From the NCBI GenBank assembly GCA_043228905.1, contig JBHGNT010000002.1, forward strand, positions 24,614,001 through 24,678,000: a stretch of 64,000 nucleotides of DNA. The letters run 5' to 3'. Positions 25,801-37,600 of the stretch are shown here, in pieces. The notes beneath the pieces are model-generated. The model was not told the DNA's origin. It ran no database searches and saw only the letters and a list, made by a program, of their open reading frames with translations. The DNA comes from Azolla caroliniana. Its lineage: Eukaryota; Plantae; Polypodiophyta. A program made the translations under genes and the position numbers. The stretch's first letter is position 1. Every line of letters begins with the position of its first letter.

Positions 25801-27604
25801 AGTTCGAAGCGTCCATCCATCGTCGTAGTCCCTTTGAACCGTGAAGAATTGAAGACTTACATTCACCCTACCGACTTTAGATCCGTTGTCGTGATATAGA
25901 TCACGCATACCTTCAATTTTGTCTCCGGAGAGCAAAGATTTCACAGGTATTCTGGCCCTACCTTTAACCTGGGAACCCAGAAGACCATCATCTTTGACAG
26001 AGATAACGACCTCTGAAGTGTAATGTGCACAATAAATCTGGTTGCTTTCATCCCACTTTGGATTCTGGGTCTCCATCTCCACCATATTGGTTTGGATGAC
26101 CAGGGCATTCCCTAAGTCCACAGTAGCGTACAACCTTCTGGTTCCTCTACTCATATGCATGGTATGGCTCATAACCTGAAAACATGTAACAAAATAAAAG
26201 GTTTTATCACATGCAGACAGACAGATCCCATTGACAAGAATCCGGCATCATATGCCAATGAAAGACCCGACATCGTTCCATTGTTAAATAGAGTGGATTC
26301 AATGGAAGACTGCCACATGATACAGAGATCAATCTACATCACTCATCGTCGTTCTGATTATTGATATGAGCATTCGGAAAAAAGGCCCACAAATTTGTGA
26401 AATAAATCCAGAGAGCCTAAGTTCCATTGAGAACCCAAAGAAAGATTAATGAAATACACAGTCAAATCTAAAAGATAAAATGAATACCAGATGAACAATT
26501 AGGCACTTGAGGAAATACCCACAAAATCTCGTTATCCATATGCATGCCATTGATTGATAATTGGCGCTTCAAAGGGCAAGCCACAAAACATACAGATCGA
26601 ATATAGATTTCCTATCATGATGAACTGAATATGTAAGTAAAGAAAGAACTGCATAATCTAGAGACAAAATCAACATTACCTCCACAAATTTACAGATGAA
26701 ATCTACAAGACTGAGTTTTTCCTTGGAATACAAAGAAATTATGGCCCACAAAACCATGGAGAGCTCATAGCACCGAAAGTCCAAACAAAAGACCCACAAA
26801 ATATACTCATCTCATCAATCCATTGATTGGTTGACCCACAAAATCTCCCAATCAAATGTAGATAACCCATATTCATTCTCCCATTGAAAGACCCAAAAAA
26901 ATATAATGATAAAATCTACAAGGCACATTTTTTTCCCTTTGATCAATTGGTCATTCATTCTAAGAGAGACATACAGAATGCATCATCATCCCAACGAAAA
27001 ACTTACAAATGTTCCATTATCTAACTGAGCATGCAAAGACAAGCCTGCCAATTCATAGAACAAATACATGTTAGATAGATTCATCAACTAGGGACTGATA
27101 GAGAGTAATCAAGAAATACCGGTGATGAACAAATCAAATCTACATTTAAACCCATCGTCATCACAGGAATAAATTTGGAATGCAATGAAAAAACCAGGAT
27201 GGACATGAGATCAACTCAGGAAGAACTATGTTGTAGGGATGACCATTGATTAATCAAGAAGTCAAAGAAAGACCCAGAAATATATGGATCAAATTTACGT
27301 TATTCATTGCCCCATATTGATTAATTGAATAATTCACGGAAAAAAACACCATAATTTACAGATGAAACGTACGTAACTCCAGCATCCCGTTCTTAATTTG
27401 AGAATTCAAATTAGAAACACTTATAGTCCAGTGAAAGACAGAGAATAATCATTCTAATACTGTTTGGAAATTCAAAGAATAACTTGACCAAAATTACATA
27501 TCAAAATGAAGGCCTGATGAAAAGGTTACCCGTAATCCATTAACCAAATTCTCCGCTCCAAAGACAGTGCATTGAAGAATACCATGAAGAAGATGTTGCG
27601 TCAT
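22818..27604 (-). CDS. PLD: Phospholipase D alpha-type (C2-PLD), copy B (~780 aa). Exons 27604-27530, 26175-24342, 23251-22818
   Basis: Exon 1 reads [18 protein letters not shown] motifs are HQKLVSVD and HSKMMIVD. Intron positions and phases match copy A, and the frame is open throughout. Confidence 0.93.
23302..24235. repeat. ~110-115-bp minisatellite in both orientations (fold-back) filling intron 2 of PLD copy B
   Basis: Two forward units at 23302-23509, an inversion axis CCATCTT-CAAT-AAGATGG at ~23503-23520, reverse units starting ~23514 (partial), 23565, 23678, 23791, 23900 and 24015, then one forward unit at ~24135-24230. Confidence 0.92.
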
Positions 27605-30100
27605 GGATCTTCTTCTTCTTCTTCTTCTTCGTCTTCTACTTCTTCTGTTTCTAAAGAAGAGCAGAGCATATATCTGCTTCTTTGTGCATGAAGGAGCTTA
27701 AATATATCAAGCTCTGAGTGAATAGTAAAGAGCACAAAAAAAACAAGTTCACGCTCAGAATTTGACCTTTATCTTGTTTGTTTCCTATTAATGTGACCTT
27801 TATTGTCCAAGTTAACTATCCTATCATTGTCGTGGATTAGTCAACTTGCTAAACCCTACATTGTTAATTCCATGGAAATTTCAGCAACTTCCGGATCGAT
27901 TCTATGGTCAACTGTAGCAATTATATCATTTTCTATCCAACTCTGAGAGATTTGGAATGCCTAAAATCTCAGCGAGATAAGAATGCGATGTAACAGTAAA
28001 TGAATCCCGATAATTCCATCGACATATGAATGTACTCTGAATACAATAAGTTCATTGAAATCGGAAGGAATGCCGGATCATGCATTTGTGTGTTTGAGAT
28101 TCATTATGAATCCGTCCATGTACACAGTATGTAGGGTAGAGTCCCTAACTCTATACATTAAACTTCATTGTTCAAACCTTTTAAAATAGGTCTGTTCTAA
28201 AAACACAGGGCTAAATCATAGTTGAAAGCTTTAAGCTTTTGTGTCAATATGTAATATGTATATAACTGAAATGTGATTATACATTTGATCGGGTCAAATC
28301 TTTGAGTATTAGACTTTAGGGCCAAGAGTTCAATTTTTTGAATGGCATTTGTGGATTGTGCCATTGAAATACAAAAAAAATGATGACATGTTTATTTCAG
28401 CTTGTCTTCTCCTACTCCCTCTACAAGTAGTGGGGGTAGGGCCAAGTTTGGGGCTTCATACTTCATGGAAGCTTAAATTAATAGATTCTCTCCAAACAAT
28501 TGGTCAATCATACATATTTATATTGTAGCGCGATTAGTCCCCGTGGATCGGGACCAAGTCGTGAGGCCTAATTGTTTGACATGTTTCGTCTCTAATAATT
28601 GTCTAATCGAATTACGAAAACGATGTCTTTGCTTGAGATTGTCTTTGACTCCATTAAAACTATTCGGTAGGGCCGTGTCGCAAGCTATATACTTCATGAA
28701 GACTTTAGCTTTCTTCCAATAACTTATTGTGTGTATTAGGACCTAAGTTTTGAAACCTATAGTTTTGTGGGACATGTTGAGGCTTGACCATGGCGAATAT
28801 TTAATGTCATTAGCTTATTCACGGATTAGATTCGGTCAATGAAATAAGGTTAAATATAAAAGGAATATGTATCGATTGACATTTGGTGAGGAGGATGAAA
28901 TGTCTAAAAGCATATCATGGTGCCTATGCAATATTAGGAATCGACAAAATATTGAAAAAAATGCCCTTGATTCTATAGTCGAATACAAGGAAAAGTAATG
29001 CCAAGGGTAGTGAAGGCATGTATGTTTTACATAGTGCTATAGATCTCATTCTCTCATAAAACGGCCTCGAACTCCAACCATGACCATGAAAAGTTTCTTG
29101 AATCTCATGTATACAACTTCATTCTCAATTATCGATGGAACCTAGCCAATCCAAAAGTAACGACACTTGGGACACAAATTTAGAACCCCACTATAAGGTC
29201 TCATTCTTATTTTCTTTTTAGAACCACTTGTGGTTAACAAAATTTGGGCTCTTTTGCAACACAAGAACCTCATTTTGCGTCATTGGGAACCAAGTGAATC
29301 TCAATAGTAAACATGGAGCATGAGATTTTATCGCTACCATAGAACTTCTTCATGAATGTTATCAAATGAATCTTGGTGAGGTAAGCTCCTTCGGCTCGCT
29401 TGGGCCATTCACTAGTCATGATAGAAAGTGAAATGGGAATGACCCACGAGGCTTGTCGGCCACGAACCAATGGTAAAAGCATGATTTCTCCTTCTTTAAA
29501 CCGGTCAATCAAAGGATCCTTCAAATTTACATTTCAAAATCACATGGCAACAAATGTAGTCACCTTAATTGGTACTTAGTATGTTTAGATAAGTGGATAG
29601 ATGTAAATACTTAAAGCAATAGGCACATATAAGAAACCCAAAAATAAGATGGAGGTGACGGTCTACATAGGTGGGAAATAAAATTGATAAAAAAAACTTG
29701 TCCTAGACTAGGTGTAATGTTGGTCCAAATAGGCACAATCTTATATGCATAATGTGGCAAAGGAGTCTAAATCAATGGATATTCATGAGCTACCATTGAT
29801 GGATGTTATATTCTTTAATAACACGAGAAATTTGACGCCAAGTCCAAATGGATTAAAGCTTGAGGCTTTGACAACAATGAAACAACAACTACTTGTCTTA
29901 TGGGATCAAAGCGTTCAAGATCAACTAGAGAAAGTCAAAAGACCATTTCAATAAGACGTAGATATATAACGAATTTTTGCTTATGAAAACAAGGTTACCC
30001 TAATAACTTGAACATGAATGCCATCTCATACATCTAGAGGGGTATTACCATGAGACAAACATTTTCTTACCTATTTTGCCATTAATTATCCAAACATTTA

Positions 30101-30365
30101 TTAGTTGGTACCACCTTGGTGGATATGTGTCAAATGTGGCATGCTTGCAAAAGCAAAGAAAGTGCTAAAAGGGCTTCCTGATCGAAATACTATCTCTTGG
30201 GCGTGCTCATTGTTGGGTATACTAAGCATAATCAAGTTCATGAAGCTTTAGTTCCTTCAAGCAGATGCAAAATGAGGGCCTTTCCCTAGACATTATCACC
30301 TTCATATGCATATTGAAGGCTTATGGTAGCTCAAGAGATATAGAAAAAGGTAACAGGATATGCAA
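30101..30365 (+). pseudogene. Frameshifted PLS-class pentatricopeptide-repeat gene fragment
   Basis: Across frameshifts it reads VGTTLVDM/VKCGMLAKAKKVLKGLPDRNTISW/LIVGYTKHNQVHEAL/FKQMQNEGLSLDIITFICILKAYGSSRDIEKG, an S-P-L motif series. Confidence 0.8.
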
Positions 30366-31739
30366 TATTCATTGTAGTAGTGGACTATTTTAATACCAAT
30401 GGATGATATTTAAAAATAAATAAAAATGATCCAAACATTTATTGCAATTTACATCATTGTTTTTTAAGATTTGTTTTGTAAATTTTCTTTACAAAGTAAC
30501 TTATTTAAAATTTTCAAACACATTTTCTAGTTGTTTACACATCGGCAATGGCTTAAATTTTGGCTTAAATTGTATTGGTCCTTTACAAAAGGAGTTGACC
30601 AAACTCCCTTCATTTATTGCACCCTTGCTTCAAAATCACGTCAATCAATTGCAATACTCAATGAATATGACTCTACACAAGTTTGGAACTTTGAAAATAT
30701 CATGAAATACTTGAATCTAGTGTTGCCAATATGCAAACTAATGTCAAGATGAAGGATGACCAATGTGGTGAACAAACTTCTTTGTTGTAAAGACATTTCA
30801 AGACTAAAAGAAAGAAAGAATTGAGGAAGTAAAGAGTCTCATTTTGAAAGTATGATATTTGAGTATATCACTCATGAATGAGGGGGGGATAGTTGTTGCT
30901 TCATGGGACGTATCTACACGGTAAAGAAACTACACCATAATGGGATAAGTTTGTTACCATTTTTAAGCAATAGTTTCTATCACCACCTTCTCACAGCGAA
31001 GTACACAAAACCTACTAGCTCTATCTCTTGTAGATCATTTCATTCCCTCAAGGATTACATTTATCATTCTCGAACACAAATAAAAACCTCGAGTGCTGGT
31101 CCAAAGTGGAATTATGCCATACCTTCGTTTATGTTGGATAGTGGATAGTAAGTATTGTTCTACTTGTTCATATATGACATCATTTGTATCATTAGATGTA
31201 CTAGCTTTTGTATCTTACAAAAAGAAGTGAGATGAAATGTCTCCTTCTGTTTTTCTTATGTAAACTTTTCAAGTAATATACTAAGGTGTATCTTCCTTTA
31301 AAATAAATTAAAAATTTTTAAAAAAAAAAAAAGACTCGAGGGAGAAAGTTGATTTCTTGCTTGTTTGCTTTATGAAAATTTGAATTACAAATACCATTCT
31401 GCATGATAAGGATCCTAGGCCTTTTGAACATGTTGATGAGGTTGTACTTTGATATATCCACACTTCGAAGAATGACTATAATAATCATGAGTTAGCAACA
31501 ATAAACCTAGGATCATTCAATGGGAAATGCTAGAAACCCACTATGAGTTTGATCAAAAGACTTGGGTCAAACTTGGGTCATTCAATAGTTTTGTTAGTTC
31601 CCTATGAAAACCTCCTCATATCTTTTTTAAAGTTGTCTACAATGTTTAAGCATACTAAACCAAATCCCTAAAATGTTCATTTATGAAAGAATGTTTTACC
31701 ATAGGAACATGTATGTATTGTTCTTGGAATGATATCACC

Positions 31740-31795
31740 TAGCCCTTCAAAATCTTTCAAGGTTGCAACCAATGCTAGTGATTATGCAACGTTCT
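31740..31795 (+). mobile_element. Ty3/gypsy RNase H remnant
   Basis: KSFKVATNASDYA resembles FxVxTDASDYA. Confidence 0.4.
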
Positions 31796-32870
31796 TTATC
31801 TATCATGAGCATATAGCATTGATGATGGTTATGCCAAAATAACAAGGACCTCAATCAATGGATTGTAGTGGTTCAATTATTTCTCAACCATGGTCTTCCC
31901 CTCACAAGCATGGCCTAAGAAGAATGAAAGCATGTTGCAATCTGTAGCCCAAAATTTTGCCTCCTCAATAGGGTGCGAGTTTAGCACCATGAGCAACTAA
32001 GAATCCTACATATGCTCATAGAGGATTCATCGACTGCCATTATATTGGTAAATGCACTATGAATAATTATGGAATAAGTATGTCGTTCCACACACAACAA
32101 ACATATTATGAATGCCCGCGTTATGTGTGTAGGAGAGAGAGAGAGAGAGAGATGTGTACACGAGGAAATGAGCAAGTACTCATCACATAAGCATGGCATT
32201 CATGGCAGAGTGTTGCTAAAAGCTGTCCTCTCATCCACAAGGAAGAATGCTAAAATCACGAAGGCGATCGAGACACCCTTGAGAGGACATTAGCAATCGC
32301 CTTAGTAACCGCACAACCACAATAAGACATTAGTTGCCAACAAAATACCTTCGAAGAGAAAAAAATTTATTAGTATGATAGTCAGAGCTTTTCAATCTGA
32401 GCCTCTAATTATACAAATTTCATTGTGTTTCCACCATAGAGAAGGCCTACAAAAGACTTCATTAAAAAGCAATTTTTCTCTTAAAATATTACTGCAAAGA
32501 TTATGTACAAGGCTTGGTCTACATAATGGCTACCTACCATTACTAGAGAAAAGTGGTTTTCCTGGCATTATGCACCTTAAGCCAAATAATGATGATATGC
32601 TTTAAGGATTTTAACTAATGTTTACAGGGTAGAAATGCTAAGAGAGAGTGTTTCAACCGACAACACCGCAAACATCCCTCGATCACCATGAAAGGGATGC
32701 TTTAAAATGATTTATGTATAATTTTACAAAAACAAGAGAGTTTTGGCCACTACAACAGAAGTCCAAGCCTCTGGAGCCACTCGATGTGTCGATTATTGTC
32801 ACTACTACAGAGCAATTCTTAGAATGATTTATGTACAAGCATATGTATATATATACAATTAATGAAACAG

Positions 32871-34157
32871 TTACAACCTATCAGCAAGAGCAACCCGGGT
32901 TTGTGGGAGTGGTTCTTCTTCAAGTTCCACTTCTATTTGCGGTTCGGGCTGTTGAAACTCGGGAGAGTCTAGATCTGCCAAGTTCTTCAGATCAACAAAT
33001 GAGAGGTTATCCAGCCTAGATACTGCCAAATCGGCAGCTCCGAGTTCATAGATGGGGTGTTTCCCTGACACTGCGATGCATTTCATGAAAGTGTCATGGG
33101 CAGCTTCTACGCTTGAATTTGAATTCCCAATAACAATACATCTCTCAGGTATTATCCCAAGAAGTTGAGCAGCATACATATACATCTCTGGGTCCGGCTT
33201 ACCCCGATACACATCCTCTGCCGCAATGATAAAGCCTAGCGTATCTTGAAGTCCAACAGATTCTACTGCTTTCTCAATAGCCTTCCTCGGCCTTGTTGAT
33301 GCAAGAGCAATGGGTACCTTATACTTCTTCAAGGTCTTGAGGAATTCAAGAGAGCCTAACTTCAGTTGATAGATCCCACCTTGAAGCTCCTGAAATAGAT
33401 CCTCTTTCCTTTGAGCTAATCTTCGCAACTCTTTAGGGTCTCTAGACCAACAAAGGACCTCGGACACAGCTTGCTCGCTCTTCATGCCTTCTAATTTTCT
33501 TAATAAGAAGGCAGGTGGAGGGCGGCGGCCTTCTTCGAGGGAGAGGGCCAGCCAAGTCTCTCTCTCGGTCTTACTACTATCTTCAACGATGACTCCGTCC
33601 CATTCTACGATGACACCAAGCCATCCACATCCCATTCTATGGGATCGAAGCAATGGGTTATGGAGGGACACATCATCGGCGTTGTTCTTAGGGGCGCGGG
33701 GGAGGGGCCTTAACTCACCTTCTTGCTCTCTTGAATTCTCGTCGAAGAGAGAAGGGGCCGACGGTAATGATGCTGGCGATGAAGGCAGAGATGGCCATGG
33801 AGATGAAGGTACCTTCTTGTTCTTTGACGGGGGCAGCGGCATGGGGGAAGGCGAAGACAGCAGAGAAGATATCCGCAATGGTAGCATCTTCGAAGGCGGC
33901 ATCAAAGATGATGATGATGATGTTCTGGACAGAAGCATCTTCCATGGCGGCAATGGCCCCTGTGATGCCGTGAGAGATGATGACGATGCCAGCGTCTTCC
34001 CGAACGATCTTTCTGGGAAAGCTCTGATCCTTCCTGGGATCTGTGTTGCTCTCTGATCGGCAAGATCCATGGCTTCGGTTATCGATCTCTGACAACCGGG
34101 CGGCGTGGCAGAGACGAAGATCGCGCAGAGAGACGAGGAAGAAGAAGAAGAAGCCAT
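32871..34157 (-). CDS. PYRP2: Chloroplast HAD phosphatase, 5-amino-6-(5-phospho-D-ribitylamino)uracil phosphatase (riboflavin pathway), intronless, ~428 aa
   Basis: SLHNPLLR...MGCGWLGVIVEWDGV...EQAVSEVLCWSRDP...EDVYRGKPDPEM...PERCIVIGNSN...KHPIYELGAAD matches the PyrP2 family. The first ATG (34157) is followed by a Ser-rich transit peptide. Confidence 0.9.
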   Translation of the reverse strand: MASSSSSSSLCAIFVSATPPGCQRSITEAMDLADQRATQIPGRIRAFPERSFGKTLASSSSLTASQGPLPPWKMLLSRTSSSSSLMPPSKMLPLRISSLLSSPSPMPLPPSKNKKVPSSPWPSLPSSPASLPSAPSLFDENSREQEGELRPLPRAPKNNADDVSLHNPLLRSHRMGCGWLGVIVEWDGVIVEDSSKTERETWLALSLEEGRRPPPAFLLRKLEGMKSEQAVSEVLCWSRDPKELRRLAQRKEDLFQELQGGIYQLKLGSLEFLKTLKKYKVPIALASTRPRKAIEKAVESVGLQDTLGFIIAAEDVYRGKPDPEMYMYAAQLLGIIPERCIVIGNSNSSVEAAHDTFMKCIAVSGKHPIYELGAADLAVSRLDNLSFVDLKNLADLDSPEFQQPEPQIEVELEEEPLPQTRVALADRL

Positions 34158-34230
34158 GGAAACCACCGGAGGAAGGAAGGAAACAGAGGAGAGCCCAGAG
34201 ATCGAATCGGGAGGAGGCGATGGAGATGAA

Positions 34231-34393
34231 ATTAGGGTTTGGAGGGGGGGGGGGGGGGGGGGGAACAGTCTACAGATCCGAGGTTGCAGAGGATCTGTGT
34301 GTGACGATGGGAAGGATAAGAAGAAGTTTCGCGGGGCAGAGAATTTCCCGTAAATTACAAATATGGCCCATTACCCCCCCCCCCCCCCCCCCC
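34231..34393 (-). promoter_or_regulatory. PYRP2 proximal promoter/5' UTR with telobox, site II element, and G20 and C20 tracts
   Basis: AAACCCTAAT on the - strand (34231-34240), TGGGCC on the - strand (34365-34370), G run 34244-34263 and C run 34374-34393. Confidence 0.55.
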
Positions 34394-34491
34394 ATTCTTG
34401 ACTTTTGTAACCTCCTTAGACCGACCGACGGACCAATCATACATACATACATACATACATACTGATGCAATCACATACAATTACATACATA

Positions 34492-34655
34492 CATGCTCGT
34501 GTCTATCTGCCACCAAATCATATAGAGGTCTGGAGAGGGAATCGTGGCCACGGACGGTGCAGGGCATTTGGCTGAGGGCGTGTGCGATCTGCACCGTCCG
34601 ATCTTTATCCTCCAAAATTTAAAAGTGCGCCATCCAATCGCCTCTGTCACCATAC
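34492..34655 (+). mobile_element. TIR-family copy 1, next to the PYRP2 promoter
   Basis: CATGCTCGTGTCTA...CCAAATCATA...GTGTGCGATCTGCACCGTCCGATC...GCCTCTGTCAC. Direct homologue of ~38597-38770 and inverted homologue of ~44365-44585. Left flank is (TACA)n. Confidence 0.65.
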
Positions 34656-37600
34656 GCCCGACTCTCTGACTGCAAACGCCTGACCTGTGTCTCGTGGCAA
34701 GCGCCCGACCGACTTAGAGGCAGGCGCCCAACTCAAACCTTGTCATCAAAAAGTTCAGAAAGCTGAAAAGTAATAAAGTAATGTTCAATAGGTTCATAGT
34801 TTGAATCTTTGTTCCATAGTGTGTGTGTGTGTGTGTGTGTGTGTTGTCTTATTGTCGTCCATCATACAAATAATAATAGCCTTCCTCTTCCTAGAACCAC
34901 CCCTCTCTCCATAGCAATATCAACATCTCTTACGGACTTGCCCTCACACCACCTTGTCTCCTCACCTTCCACCACCCGCCATTGTGCGCCACGCCAATAT
35001 ATCTTTCAAGCTTGATCATCTAAATGTTGCGGAAGGAGGATTGGACCAATGAGTAATCTCATATGCACCCATGTGTTCGTCAATGTGTGCGTCGACATGC
35101 AATTTGAAGATGCTTATGTAGGTGTTTTACGTCTTTATATGCTTATGTAGCTTGTATATGTTTGCCGTTGTGGGATATATGTTCTCCCTTTTTTGTTGTT
35201 GGGTTGGTTGTTTGCATTGTAATATCACTGTCATAAAATCAAGAAAACCTGAGATTCATCCCTACCATGGACCCAATCCCATTCCATGGATCCCTTGTGG
35301 ATGTTGATTGCCTCTCTATCTCTCTTGTTTATGAGAACAATGCAATGATACAAACTCCTTTGTTGACCTCATAATGTTGTGATGATCATTGTACAAAGAT
35401 AAGCATACTAAGGTGTTGAGGGAGTAGTTTTGCTAGGGGTTGACAAAGCTCTAATGTGAGATTTTTTAGAACAATGTTCCTTTCTACCTATTTATTCGTT
35501 ATTGTACTCCATGAAGACCCTCCAACAAAAACCCATTCCCCCTAGTCCAATTGCATCACACCTCACAAATGCTTAAGGTAGTCAAAGACCACCTCATTAT
35601 TACTCTTGGGTTTGTAAGGGAGGTCTTTGACAATGGTGGTACACATTGACTAACCAACAAGAGGGGGATGTGTCTTAGAAACTAATTCCTTTAAAAGGGA
35701 AGAGACACTATGTAGGTTTATTTCTTTCCTCCATCACCTTGTATCTATGTCTCTTTCCACTTGATTCTAAGCACTCGTAAATGTCTTACAATATAAGCTT
35801 AAGTCAAATAGTGATTGTTTGATGCTTAAGAGTGAGGTTGATTCTTATAGTTCTGAAATTTTCCATTGCTATCTCTCACCATTTGTATTACATGACCCTA
35901 TTTTCCACCCTATAGCTATGTGGATTTACACTATCAAATTTACACGTCCATTGCATAACAACCAACTCGTGTATGACAGGAAGGGTAAAACATTGCATCT
36001 CTTAGTGAAATCCCAATAAAAGGAAGGAAACATGTATCCCAATTAACAATATGACACAACCACCAAAATACTTTCCCAACCAAGCATGTAAGGAAATTGT
36101 GTTTGCCACCCTCATTATGATGTACTTTATTTGGTTCTAATTTGTTTATTCCTTTCTTATAAATGTTGATGCATCTCATTATGGCATAGTTTATGAATTT
36201 TTTTGATCATTTTCATTTCCTTGTGTTTCCTTTGTGTGTGTATATGTGTGAGAGTGATTAATTGTGTAGTTTAGTTTTGGTTGTGAGATTGATATGGATA
36301 TGATTTGAAGAACCTTCTTGCCTAAAAGGTTTTCAATCTTATTGGAACTTACTTCCATACCACCATTTTATAAATGGAAGTATTTGCTAATGTCAATATT
36401 ACTTTCAAGGAATCTAGAGATTTTCTCGTATGTATTTTAATTGTATAGAAACCTATTTCCATACAACTTTTTGTCAATGCAATGAATGGCTAAAATCAAG
36501 ATCCCTCGAGTAGAAGGAAAATACATGGTTTACTTATCGGTATGAATGATTCTACACGAGTTTTGCTTGTCTTGGGTGACTTGTATTGTAATAAGACAGT
36601 CACTTGACTCTCATTGTTTGTTTCATCTTCTTTATCCCTTCATATTGGAAGCTTCTCTCATGTTCAATGTTGGTATGGATATATGATTCCATCTAAAGAT
36701 TAATAGAATCTATACACACCCAAACATATCGTATATTCTAAATGAGTGTAACAATGATTGGGTCCAATGTTCCCCTTGAATGTATTGTTGATAAAAAAAC
36801 AAAAAAAGAGGAGTTCTTATTCTTTCTAAAATAAATTTCATGGCCCCCCCCACTTGTTTGTTCATTGATACTAGTCACAAACACGTACCATACATGTCTT
36901 TATGTTTGTCATTCATATTCATTGATGAATTTGATTAATGGGATGATATGTTTTATGGACACAATTATAAGGTGACCTTTAGTGTTATCAAATTCATACA
37001 CACATACCAAGAAGGGTTATCTACATGTCATTGTAGTATGGTTACATTAGGCACAAATGTGGTTACCTTTACATCCATGCACAAGTATATTTATTGTACA
37101 TACTCTTTTGTTATCAAACACTGATATAAATGTGAATCCCTCTCAATTACTCTCTTAAACTTTCCGTGATGGTTTATTATTTTCCATGATTAATAAATGC
37201 ATAATTTATATTATTTTATATGATTAATATATATTTGTCGCTCTAAATAAATGTCCATTTGATCGTTTATTCAATTGAATGCTGATTTATCTTTAATCTC
37301 TTTTATACTCGCTAAATTAATGTTCTAGCTAGATATTGAATTGATTTAGATTACATGCTAGACTTATATCAAGCTAGACATTTTTTTAGTTACATGCTCT
37401 TTTGAACAATTAGATGGTAAATTCGTCAATACAATGACTAGATTGTTGACAATGTAATCTAAATCGTATTGAAGTAGGTTTTTTCTTCTATCACGGAGAA
37501 AGGAACGTACACGGCAACATCAAAATTTCCTAATCATAGCATGAAAAAAGAAACCACATACTTTACCTTTGGGGTACACTATGTTTTTGAAAAGATAAAT

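Noticed and set aside
29100-29524. Possible gypsy integrase remnant (GSKFVS on the - strand)
   Set aside because: Only one short motif is recognisable, too degenerate to list as a feature.
33484-34465. 190-aa and 140-aa plus-strand ORFs
   Set aside because: Antisense to PYRP2 and its low-complexity 5' region.
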